From a virus (taxonomy: Duplodnaviria; Caudoviricetes), in IMG/VR virus record IMGVR_UViG_3300043473_000044, positions 1 through 55,741 of that record: 55,741 nt of DNA; one strand, 5' to 3'. Shown here piece after piece: positions 9,062 through 17,498 of this stretch. Numbering within the stretch: position 1 is the stretch's first letter; each line of letters begins with the position of its first letter. A program made the translations under genes and the position numbers. The notes under the pieces are model-generated. The model was given only the letters and a program-made list of their open reading frames with translations, ran no database searches and had not been told where the DNA came from.

Positions 9062-9400
9062 TTAGTAGACGAGGGTGTAGAGGATGTGGATGCCGCACTC
9101 CGTTATCGCGATCTGGTTCACGTTGAGCGGTTGCCCCTTGGCGCACTCGAACCAGCCGTGTTCACAGAAATTGGCGACCATGCCCCCGAGTGCCACGAAG
9201 GGCATGGCCGGGGAGATGGGCACGGCTCCAGACAGGAACGTCACGACGTTCTCGGCCGTGGTAGTGATGATAATCGCCAGCACCCTGATCTTGGCCGAAG
9301 CCTCGGGCGCGGGTACGAGCACAGAGGGACCGCCTACCGCTGCGTTGATGAAAGCTACGCGGACATTCTTCGAGATGCCGCTGGCCGGGATGACGTCCAT
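9062..9400 (-). CDS. Hypothetical, probably structural beta-rich protein
   Basis: In operon; TGAcATG coupling to the upstream gene. Confidence 0.6.
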   Translation of the reverse strand: MDVIPASGISKNVRVAFINAAVGGPSVLVPAPEASAKIRVLAIIITTTAENVVTFLSGAVPISPAMPFVALGGMVANFCEHGWFECAKGQPLNVNQIAITECGIHILYTLVY

Positions 9401-9401
9401 G

Positions 9402-9554
9402 TCAGCCCCCCTTCTTCTTCTTGGCCACGGCCTTAGTCTTACCGGCGGTGTTCATGGCGATGGCGACGGCCTGTTTCTGCGGCTTGCCGTGCGCCATCTC
9501 CGTCTTGATATTGGCGGAGATGACCTTCGCGCTACTTCCTTTTTTCAATGGCAT
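9402..9554 (-). CDS. Small basic phage protein ([33 protein letters not shown]...), 50 aa
   Basis: Hand-translated, below the ORF track cut-off; widespread MPLKKG...[10 protein letters not shown] family; AGGAGG RBS. Confidence 0.8.
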   Translation of the reverse strand: MPLKKGSSAKVISANIKTEMAHGKPQKQAVAIAMNTAGKTKAVAKKKKGG

Positions 9555-9566
9555 GGTGTGCCTCCT

Positions 9567-10070
9567 TTATGATCGATAGGTGATGAACTGGTTATCAGCG
9601 ACGCGCCGGGTGCGCCACTGCGCCGTGCTGACGCCGGTCGAGGCCGCAAGCGACGGCACGATGGGAAAGCCCACAATCAGGTGCCCCGAGTTGGACGTTA
9701 CCGTGATGTCGTCGTTCGACGCGATCGCCAGATTCGCCAGTTCCCAGCGGAAGCCCACGTTCTCCCGGAACCGCTTGCCGAACTCCCCTGCCTCATTGAT
9801 GTAGTTCTGCATGGCGGCTCCCGTCGGAAGCTTGTACTGCATGGCGAGGACGGGCGTGGCGTTCAGGTACTTGTGAAAGAGGTGCTCCGGCTTGAGCAGG
9901 AAAGTCGCGCCCGGTCCGTCTATGGCAAGCGGTGCCTCCATGAGTTCGAGCATCACGCCTTGGTCATTCTGCACCTTGACGCCGTGGCCATCGACCACCA
10001 GTTCCCCGAAGGAGGACAAGCCCATCCGCTTGCCCTCGATGCTTGTCAGAATCTTCCGGGTCGCTGGCAT
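9567..10070 (-). CDS. Putative capsid decoration/structural protein, paralog B
   Basis: Aligns end to end with 10075-10590. Confidence 0.6.
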   Translation of the reverse strand: MPATRKILTSIEGKRMGLSSFGELVVDGHGVKVQNDQGVMLELMEAPLAIDGPGATFLLKPEHLFHKYLNATPVLAMQYKLPTGAAMQNYINEAGEFGKRFRENVGFRWELANLAIASNDDITVTSNSGHLIVGFPIVPSLAASTGVSTAQWRTRRVADNQFITYRS

Positions 10071-10074
10071 AACC

Positions 10075-10590
10075 TCAAGCCCGGTAGGTCACGAACACGC
10101 TGTCGGCCGTGCGTACTGTTCTCCAGAGCGAGGTCGAGGTACCGTTGAGGCCACCTGTGGTCGGATCATTCGAAGGCACCAGCGGTGATCCCACGATCGT
10201 GTGCCCGGCAGCGGCCGTCAGCGTTATCGTGTTCGCCGCACCCGTGGACAGGTTGACCAGCCCCCAGCGGAAGCTGGCGTTAGGCAGCGCAAACGCCTTC
10301 ATCAAGTCAGGATTCGCGTTGATATACGCTTGCATGGCAGCGCCCGTTGGGAGGGTGTACGCCTGTGTCGCACCGGCGGCATGTGTTCCCGTGAGCGTCC
10401 TGTTGAACAACTCGTCAGCCGTCAGAGTGACGGCGACGGTCTTCGCTATGACCGTTGGCATGCTCTCCACGGTGAGTCCCGCGTCGTTGGCCATGAGAAC
10501 TGCGCGGCCATCGACGATCAACTCGCCCTGCGCTGACAGACCAATGCGTCTGCCGTGGAGTGACACTAAAATCTTCTTGGTTGCTGGCAT
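10075..10590 (-). CDS. Putative capsid decoration/structural protein, paralog A
   Basis: AAGGAG RBS; TLTA.EL ... YTLPTG ... F.TYR pattern shared with its neighbour. Confidence 0.6.
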   Translation of the reverse strand: MPATKKILVSLHGRRIGLSAQGELIVDGRAVLMANDAGLTVESMPTVIAKTVAVTLTADELFNRTLTGTHAAGATQAYTLPTGAAMQAYINANPDLMKAFALPNASFRWGLVNLSTGAANTITLTAAAGHTIVGSPLVPSNDPTTGGLNGTSTSLWRTVRTADSVFVTYRA

Positions 10591-10677
10591 GATGTTTCTC
10601 CTTTATAAGTTATGTGTTCTCAGCGGTGGCGAAGCCACGGGTGAGAGAACTGCTGCGGAGCGCTACTGCGCGCGACA

Positions 10678-11556
10678 TTACTCCGTGGACTCAACGGCGT
10701 CAACCACCTCCGGTGCCTGTTGCAACACAAACGCGACCCGCCGGGCGATCTCCGTGGGCGACATCTGCACCTCCATCTGGATCGGCGCCCCATCCTTCCC
10801 CGTGACTTCAACACGCTGCGTCTGATTAAACAGCCCCAAGTATTCACCGAGTTGCTGCAGCGCCTTCAACTTGTTACTGAGCTTGTACTTCACGCGCGTC
10901 ACCGTGGACACGTCGTTGAACTCAGTCTCCTCCATATCCAGACTATCGACGGCGGCAGCGACGTTGCGCGGCAAGAGATGCAACGGGATGTACCTGCCGG
11001 TTTCCGGGTTGATTAGTGCGCGGGGGTCAAACAGGGCGATATGGGCGATCTCCCGTACCACATTCAACATATTAATGCCCTCGTTGTGCAAAATATCAGC
11101 CCAATGGCTCTCAATGGTGTCCCGTATGCGGGGATTGGACATCAAGGCGACGCCGAGATCAGACGGATTTTGGGGGTACCCGGCGATGAGAGCAGCCTCC
11201 TGCGTTGACATCCCTTTTAAGATGCTCTTTATAAACAGCTTCTCCTGTTGTTTAAGCTGTTGGGGGGTCAAATAATCAGGGGAGTTGTAGTGGGAGTCAG
11301 TGCGGATAAAAGGCAGGGGCGAGTGTGGTGAAGGGTCAAATCCGCTGGGTTTTGGGGGATTTGTGGGGATATAGGGCGTTCTTCGGGCTGATTTTGGGTG
11401 TTTTGTGGGTTTTTGTGGGGGTTCTGCTGGTTTTTCGGGTTGGATGGGGGAAGATTGAGAATTCTTCCCCAATTTGGCTTGTCTGGAGGAGGTGTTTGGA
11501 ATCTCTAATCGGGATTCCGACCCGGGATTCGCGACCTTGCGGTTTGTGTGTATCAC
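10678..11556 (-). CDS. terS: Terminase small subunit with long disordered N-terminus
   Basis: LT......F......TQ.AA..AGY HTH, IA.FDPR, KLKAL.QLG.YLGLF and VEVTGKDGAPIQ; GTG start with AAGGAG. Confidence 0.85.
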   Translation of the reverse strand: MIHTNRKVANPGSESRLEIPNTSSRQAKLGKNSQSSPIQPEKPAEPPQKPTKHPKSARRTPYIPTNPPKPSGFDPSPHSPLPFIRTDSHYNSPDYLTPQQLKQQEKLFIKSILKGMSTQEAALIAGYPQNPSDLGVALMSNPRIRDTIESHWADILHNEGINMLNVVREIAHIALFDPRALINPETGRYIPLHLLPRNVAAAVDSLDMEETEFNDVSTVTRVKYKLSNKLKALQQLGEYLGLFNQTQRVEVTGKDGAPIQMEVQMSPTEIARRVAFVLQQAPEVVDAVESTE

Positions 11557-12352
11557 GCTTAATTCTCCTTGTAGTATGAATCGGATTGGTATGTCGTTTA
11601 TTCTATTTGATTTTTTAGGAAATAGGGAGGCGTTGAGTTATCGGTAGCTAGAAACGGGTCGAGAATCGGGATTTTAGATTCCAGTTATTTTTCCGTAGCT
11701 AAAAGGGACTCTTTAGTTTGACTTTTCAGTTTTTGGTACGCGTGGTTATCATCAAAAGGCTGGGTAAAAATCCAAACCCCCTCCCCCTTCGCCTATAGAA
11801 ATTCTATGCAGAGAAGAACTATAAGTGAGTAAAATCAAAAGCATAGTGTCGCTTCGCGGCTGTTGTTTAAAGGCATCAATGCAATGTCCTCGCTGCGCTC
11901 GGAGCGTTGAATCAAAAGCGAAAACCGGCGGAGCCGGAAGGCCGCGCAGTTCGCCACGAATAGCGCATAGCGCGTCAGGATAGCGTCTAGGCTAGGCGAT
12001 CAGGCAAACAGCGAGGGCAGCGCACATATTAAGAACGCGCGCGCGTATATCACGTTTAAAGCGCTTAGTAAATAGGCAATAATGATGCGCCGATGGTATG
12101 TTAATTGCTTGGGCGCTATTCACGAATAGCGAATAACCTGATAGCGGGGGCGCGCAGTCATTAAAGAATAGTGAATAGAATCAATATTGTGGCATACTAT
12201 ATGGAGTAATAACCGATTCGCTGGCAGCAATGAGCGCGGAACTATGCGGGGCGCTGACTTGCGCCGTGCTGATTACTGCCAGCGAATCGGTAAGAGTGAA
12301 TCGGAGCGGGGAGCGGATCGGAGCGGGGCGACGATTGCGCCCCGTGATTGGT

Positions 12353-12805
12353 CTATATTAAATCGTCAACATTGTTGATGGGCTTACCGTCCTTTCCATA
12401 AGGATTGTAGATATGATGGCGTGATAAGGTCTTACCGTCGGCTTTATATTTCAACACACCGTCAGGCCAACGTTCTAAGGGTTTTATAACCCTTTGCGGG
12501 ACGCTTGGCGGCGCTGGGGCGCTGTTAGCGTTTGCCTTTGCGCCGATTGAGAGCGCTTTATTTATCTGTTTATCTCTTATGTCTTCATGTCGTTTTATAA
12601 AAACGATTGGTATATTAGCTTTTAGCACTTCAGCAGCGGCGCATAGATCATCGATCATATAATCCTTTATTCTGACTAAACCGTTTTCCCAAGCCGCTAA
12701 ACCTTGTGCGGTAATCTTTAATCGTGAAGCAATTTCACGTTTACTTAGTCTTGATTCACGCAAAATATAGTGAATTACGGGGTGAATATCTTTATGCTTT
12801 TTCAT
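12353..12805 (-). CDS. XRE-family HTH regulator
   Basis: LSKREIASRLKITAQGLAAWENG helix-turn-helix; AGGAGG RBS. Confidence 0.75.
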   Translation of the reverse strand: MKKHKDIHPVIHYILRESRLSKREIASRLKITAQGLAAWENGLVRIKDYMIDDLCAAAEVLKANIPIVFIKRHEDIRDKQINKALSIGAKANANSAPAPPSVPQRVIKPLERWPDGVLKYKADGKTLSRHHIYNPYGKDGKPINNVDDLI

Positions 12806-12855
12806 GCTTTTTTGCCTCCTTAATAGTTAATAAAATCATCACTTTAAGTTAATAA

Positions 12856-12997
12856 ACTTGTGTTTTAGTAGTGTTTTATTGAATAAAACAACCTAAACAC
12901 AACTTAAACACTACTCCAGATAGGGGTTAAACACAACCTAAACACAAACTAAACACAAACAAACTAAACACAACCTAAACACAAGTCAAACACAAGT
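12856..12997. repeat. Array of about 11-bp repeats TAAACACAA(C/A/G)(C/T): about 9 direct plus 2 inverted copies
   Basis: Direct units near 12884, 12894, 12905, 12928, 12939, 12950, 12965, 12976, 12987; inverted units at 12856-12877. Confidence 0.9.
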
Positions 12998-13084
12998 TAA
13001 AAGCAAACCAAGATAAAAGAAAAGCCAAACAAAACCATAATAAAATAATAATAAAAGGATAATTATGTGTATATGAAAAGTAAT

Positions 13085-13117
13085 AAGGGGGAGTGCTTAT
13101 ATAGCACCCCCTTTTTT
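13085..13117 (+). terminator. Intrinsic terminator-like hairpin
   Basis: GGGG(GA)GTGCT-tatat-AGCACCCCC stem with a small bulge, followed by T6. Confidence 0.6.
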
Positions 13118-13271
13118 CATACACAGAATCCCAAGTATTAAAAACTAAAATATTGCATTTATCTAAGGATAAATTGACCTATATCAACGAATCCGATTCA
13201 TAAAGCGATTACATTACACCCATAGCATTTAGCTATTGATAACTAATTAACTTTGATAAGGAGCTTTAAAC

Positions 13272-13565
13272 ATGTTGAATACTTCAAACGGCAAAACGGT
13301 TTTAAATTCCAATGGCGCGGTTAGCGCATCGGTCAGGGAGCATCAAGCTTATAAAGCAGTAGAGGCAGCGCAAGCAGCGTACACGGCAGCGCAAGAGAAA
13401 GAGCGCGCAGCATGGGCAGCTTGGGACGCGGCAACCGACGAAGGCTTTTCGGCAGATTTTCAATCGAGATGTTTTGATATCGCAGAAGAAGCGCGCCGCA
13501 CTACATGGGCAGCATTTAACGCAATGTGTAAAGCGCAGACGGCACTAAGGGAAGGCACTTATTAA
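13272..13565 (+). CDS. Early hypothetical protein (first gene of the block)
   Basis: AAGGAG RBS; Ala-rich helical. Confidence 0.75.
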   Translation: MLNTSNGKTVLNSNGAVSASVREHQAYKAVEAAQAAYTAAQEKERAAWAAWDAATDEGFSADFQSRCFDIAEEARRTTWAAFNAMCKAQTALREGTY

Positions 13566-13575
13566 ACGGCAGGAC

Positions 13576-13635
13576 AGCACCGGCACTAGACAAGGGGCGC
13601 AATGGTGCGCCCCGACAACTACAGGAGATTTGAAA
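13576..13635 (+). promoter_or_regulatory. Cassette leader element copy 1 (AGCACCGGC, GGGGCGC hairpin, RBS)
   Basis: AGCACCGGC at 13576; GGGGCGCA-atgg-TGCGCCCC at 13594-13613; AGGAG RBS. Confidence 0.7.
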
Positions 13636-14271
13636 ATGAAAGCAACTACAGCATTAACAACAGCAGCAAAACGGGAAATCATGCTTTCGAAGAAGCGCGC
13701 AGGAATGGCGACATTAAGAGCACGGCGCAAAGCCGAAGCGCTAGAGGCGCAAGCGGCGATTCTTGTCGCAGTCGATGGCGTGATTAAGGCAGCTAAGGAG
13801 CGCGCAGCGGTAGCGCGTTATAAGGCAGCGGTTAGGGCTATCCAAGACGGCAAAACAGCGCGCGAAGTTGCGGCGCGTGAGAATGAATACCGGGTGAGTG
13901 AAGCGGCGATCTTGAAGCGCGAAGGGGGAGCACTAGCACCGGCGACGCTTGATCTAACCGGCGCGCTAACGGCAGTGCGCACCTTCATTGCATATTCGGC
14001 ATTTGGAAAGCTGATATTAGCGGCGCTCTGTAATCAGTACAACCGGCGGCACTGGCTACAGCAAGCTTTTGCAGACGGCAATTGGCAGAAGGTGAAACTG
14101 TGCGTTATGAGAGGCAGCGAGCTTGATGTATTGAACTATGAGCTTTCGATTACTAAATGCCGCTTTAACGCTCATCTATGCCGGAGGCGCATTGCCGGAC
14201 TGATTGAGCTTGCTGAAAGTGAAAGCGCCGGTATTACACGGCATAGCCTGAGCGCTGGAACAGCTTATTAA
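13636..14271 (+). CDS. Early hypothetical protein
   Basis: ATG at 13636 after AGGAG. Confidence 0.7.
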   Translation: MKATTALTTAAKREIMLSKKRAGMATLRARRKAEALEAQAAILVAVDGVIKAAKERAAVARYKAAVRAIQDGKTAREVAARENEYRVSEAAILKREGGALAPATLDLTGALTAVRTFIAYSAFGKLILAALCNQYNRRHWLQQAFADGNWQKVKLCVMRGSELDVLNYELSITKCRFNAHLCRRRIAGLIELAESESAGITRHSLSAGTAY

Positions 14272-14343
14272 AATGAATTTATAGCACCGCCAGTGCGTTT
14301 ATATGCTGGCGGATAGTCAACCATACCAGAGAGGGGCGGGAAA

Positions 14344-14568
14344 ATGAGGCAAGCTTACATAGTGATTGCGGAGCACCCGGACGACGAAAGCGCGCAGCGG
14401 CGGATATACACCAGCGCGCAGAATGAACTAAGCGCGCTGGTGCTAGTGCAAAGCTATCTTGACGCGGGAGAGGGCAGGGAGAGCGGCTATAGAGTAATCG
14501 GTATTGATTGGGCAGGGACAACAGCGGAGCGCGAGAGCGCAGCATTAAGACAAGGGGCAGGAAAATGA
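14344..14568 (+). CDS. Early hypothetical protein
   Basis: ORF with GAGGGG RBS; ATGA overlap with the next gene. Confidence 0.6.
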   Translation: MRQAYIVIAEHPDDESAQRRIYTSAQNELSALVLVQSYLDAGEGRESGYRVIGIDWAGTTAERESAALRQGAGK

Positions 14569-15095
14569 GCATACAGACAACGTACACACTCAAGCAATTG
14601 GAGAGCATAGCAAAGCGCGGGGGGCGCGTCCTGTTAGTCGAGACAGGCGACAGAATAGGACATGTCCTAAGCTGGCATAAAGGCGACAAGGCAGCGTATG
14701 AAGCGGCGCAGCGGTCAAGCTATGAAAACACGCGGCGCATATCGGTTAAAGAAGCGATAAGAGAGCTAACACCGGCAGCACCGGCAGCACCGGCAGCACC
14801 GGCAGCACCGGCAGCACCGGCACCAGCACCGGCGCTGTTTTTAATCACGATGGAAAAATCAGGACTTCACTATTTTTTGCGAAGCACTATTTGTGCTAGT
14901 TCCGTGATCCGTGCGGATAAATTCGAGACACACGAAGCGGCGGCGGCAGCATTGCTAAAGCTAAAGGCTAAAAAATTCTATCCGGCGCAAGTATTCAAGC
15001 AGTTCAGGATCGTACCGGCGGACACATTCGCGCCGGACTATGACAATTTGGAAGTATTCATTGCAGCGCAAAAAGCGAAAGCGAACCAGCAGTAA
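14565..15095 (+). CDS. Early hypothetical protein with (PAA)n linker
   Basis: Starts MSIQTT at the ATGA overlap; 9-bp tandem repeat at 14777-14833. Confidence 0.65.
   Translation: MSIQTTYTLKQLESIAKRGGRVLLVETGDRIGHVLSWHKGDKAAYEAAQRSSYENTRRISVKEAIRELTPAAPAAPAAPAAPAAPAPAPALFLITMEKSGLHYFLRSTICASSVIRADKFETHEAAAAALLKLKAKKFYPAQVFKQFRIVPADTFAPDYDNLEVFIAAQKAKANQQ
14777..14833 (+). repeat. Tandem AGCACCGGC x6
   Basis: Five perfect tandem 9-mers and a sixth at 14825. Confidence 0.95.
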
Positions 15096-15167
15096 ACAGC
15101 ACCGGCGGGGCGCAATGTCGCGCCCGGCTTAACCTTTATGGGAGTTTTAAAAATGAGTACAGCACTA
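15095..15167 (+). repeat. 73-bp cassette leader repeat (copy 2; 70/73 identical to 15502-15574)
   Basis: AACAGCACCGGCGGGGCGCAATGTCGCGCCC...TTTATGGGAGTTTTAAAAATGAGTACAGCACTA. Confidence 0.95.
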
Positions 15168-15503
15168 AAGACAATTTTAGGCAATGCGTTAATCAGCTTA
15201 ACCGATGAGCGGCGCACATTAGAAAGCGGACTGTCAGAGATTACCCGGCAGATTGCGCAGATTGAAGAAGGCATTGCACGGCTAAACAGTCAGGGCGCGC
15301 CGATAGCACCGGAACCAAGCACGCCGCCTTGCGCCGCCTTCAATCTGGTACAGGATGGCAGTAAAGAGCTACCGTGGAGTTATAAGCTTTTGGACGTTGA
15401 CGGCAAGATGATTGCCTTTAGCATTAAAGGCTATAGAACCCCGACAGGGGCGCGCCTCGCGGCGATCATGGCTAAGAAGAAAATAAACTATAACGCAAGG
15501 TAA
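15153..15503 (+). CDS. Early hypothetical protein (coiled coil plus small C-terminal domain)
   Basis: Starts MSTAL within the repeat; GGGAG RBS. Confidence 0.7.
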   Translation: MSTALKTILGNALISLTDERRTLESGLSEITRQIAQIEEGIARLNSQGAPIAPEPSTPPCAAFNLVQDGSKELPWSYKLLDVDGKMIAFSIKGYRTPTGARLAAIMAKKKINYNAR

Positions 15504-15574
15504 CAGCACCGGCGGGGCGCAATGTCGCGCCCCTCTTAACTTTTATGGGAGTTTTAAAAATGAGTACAGCACTA
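15502..15574 (+). repeat. 73-bp cassette leader repeat (copy 3)
   Basis: Near-identical to 15095-15167. Confidence 0.95.
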
Positions 15575-16318
15575 GCGACAGCGGTCAGGGAACAGGCGGT
15601 TAAAGAAGCGGCGAAGGATAAAAAGCAGCGGCGGAAATATGCGGCGAAAATGGAAGCAGCGAAAGCACCGGCGGCGCACCCGGCGGCTTTGCCGGTCACG
15701 CTAGAGATTGACGCGCACTACCTGAAAGCCGCGCTTTGCTTTGCAGCGGTCAAGGATTTGAAGCGCCCTATGTTGCAAGGCGTGTGTCTGAACGTGTTAA
15801 GCAGCGGTCAGGTGCGCTTGACGGCTACAGACGGGCGCGCAATGGGTATTTTTAACTTGCCGTTAGCGAATCTCGAAGCGAACCCGGCGCGGGAAGACTT
15901 CCAGACGATCTTACCTCGCGACATTATCGAAGCGCTAAAAATAAGGAGCACAGATTTTCAGCATATTCCAGTTTGCTTGACTGTAAGCGCAGACAGAAAA
16001 CAGCTTACGCTTTCGCGCTTTGGTCAGACGTTCACATGTGCGGCGGTTAAAGACCGATACCCTGACTATTTAAACATCGTAAACGGTTTTAGAGGGCGGA
16101 CACCCAGCGGCGAGGCGGCGCAGTTTGACGCGGATATTCTTTATACGATGGGCAAAGCTTTCAAGATATTGCACCCCAAAGTTAACTATTGCGCACCGGC
16201 TATAGCGCACGACGGCGCGAACGGTAGCGCACTGTTTAGCCTTGCCTGTGAAAACTTTATAGGCGTAGTTATGCCGCTAAAAGTTGACGCGCCGCGCGGC
16301 TTGCCTGACTGGATTTGA
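15560..16318 (+). CDS. DNA polymerase III beta-clamp-like protein (partial, about two domains)
   Basis: LKAA..FAA.KD.KRP.LQGV ... ATDG ... YPDY..IV ... GVVMPL resembles DnaN domains 2-3. Confidence 0.7.
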   Translation: MSTALATAVREQAVKEAAKDKKQRRKYAAKMEAAKAPAAHPAALPVTLEIDAHYLKAALCFAAVKDLKRPMLQGVCLNVLSSGQVRLTATDGRAMGIFNLPLANLEANPAREDFQTILPRDIIEALKIRSTDFQHIPVCLTVSADRKQLTLSRFGQTFTCAAVKDRYPDYLNIVNGFRGRTPSGEAAQFDADILYTMGKAFKILHPKVNYCAPAIAHDGANGSALFSLACENFIGVVMPLKVDAPRGLPDWI

Positions 16319-16377
16319 GCACATGATTTGCCAGGGTAAACGAGTGACTATTTTCAACGAAAAGGGAGCACTGAATT

Positions 16378-16590
16378 ATGAACCTGACGCAGTTAAGACA
16401 ATATCCGGCGCTGTTCGCTTACCGCAAAGCTTTACAGGCAGAGGCAGAAACAATCAAAGCTTATTTGTATTGTTTAGAACAAGGCGGCGCGGGACTGTTT
16501 GATACAGAGTGCGCTATGCACGATGCAAAAAACCGCACCCTGATTGCCAAAAAACGGGTAGAGCAATTTTCAACGAAAAGGGAGCACTGA
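16378..16590 (+). CDS. Early hypothetical protein flanked by 32-bp direct repeats
   Basis: ATTTTCAACGAAAAGGGAGCACTGAATTATGA at 16350-16381 and 16566-16597. Confidence 0.7.
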   Translation: MNLTQLRQYPALFAYRKALQAEAETIKAYLYCLEQGGAGLFDTECAMHDAKNRTLIAKKRVEQFSTKREH

Positions 16591-16593
16591 ATT

Positions 16594-17214
16594 ATGAGTT
16601 ATGACATGACATATTTAACCGAGGAAATCACGGCAGCGCACGGCACCCGCTTTAAAATCGAATTGTCTTATGACGATTATTTCCGCGAACCGTGGAAGGA
16701 AAACGACGGACATGGAGAGGTCAGCGACTGGACGACAAGAGACAAGCGCGCCGGGGAGCTTGTACTTTGGCAGGACGGACGCTCTAAGCTTTTTTATGAC
16801 TTTGCCGGAGCGGTCAAGACTGCGCGCGCTGACGGATGGGGAAGTCGCGATTGCGCCCCGGACGATACGCCCGGACAGAGAGCGCATAAGGCGGCTATGA
16901 GTGATTACAACTATTTGCGCGATTTTTGCCGTCAAGAGTGGTGGTATTGCGTTTTACATGTAGCAATGCTGAATGAAGACGGCACGGAAAACGAAGATTA
17001 CACAGATACTTGTGGAGGCTTCGAAGACGGTCACGGCAAGCGATACCGCGATTATGTAATGGAGGAGGCGCAAGGCATGGCAGACAGTCTGGAAAGGCAG
17101 CTTGAGGCGGACATAGCGCGGCGCTTGGCTACACCATGCACAGTTTGGCCTATGCCGTTAATCGCGCGCTATGGCAGCGGAAAGGCGGCGAATTATGATC
17201 CGGCGCGCTTATAA
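16594..17214 (+). CDS. Early hypothetical acidic protein
   Basis: GGGAG RBS; PW...DGHG.V, WWY motifs. Confidence 0.75.
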   Translation: MSYDMTYLTEEITAAHGTRFKIELSYDDYFREPWKENDGHGEVSDWTTRDKRAGELVLWQDGRSKLFYDFAGAVKTARADGWGSRDCAPDDTPGQRAHKAAMSDYNYLRDFCRQEWWYCVLHVAMLNEDGTENEDYTDTCGGFEDGHGKRYRDYVMEEAQGMADSLERQLEADIARRLATPCTVWPMPLIARYGSGKAANYDPARL

Positions 17215-17287
17215 ATTTATGGTTTGTGCAGTAATCGCGCTTGTGATTATTTTGGAAGTGAACCGGATATTAAGAGGATTTTAAATT

Positions 17288-17449
17288 GTGGATAAAAGAT
17301 TGATTGACTATTACCCGCCGAAAATGCGCGAACAGTTTGAGCGCGCAGCGCAAGAGCGCAAGCAGATTAGACCGCCGGATATTCTAGCGCTAATCGTTTT
17401 CGGCATTGTCATAGGTACGGTATTAGCAGAAGCGTTTTTATTGAAGTAG
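17288..17449 (+). CDS. Small C-terminally anchored membrane protein (53 aa)
   Basis: Hand-translated from GTG with GAGGA RBS; ends ILALIVFGIVIGTVLAEAFLLK. Confidence 0.55.
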   Translation: MDKRLIDYYPPKMREQFERAAQERKQIRPPDILALIVFGIVIGTVLAEAFLLK

Positions 17450-17498
17450 GCAGCACCAGCGGGATCTTGCAACTTAACTCTTTATAGGATTTTTAAAA

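Noticed and set aside
12856-12997. CRISPR array
   Set aside because: Units are 11 bp and contiguous, with no unique spacers; DUF2800 is the usual replication-module nuclease.
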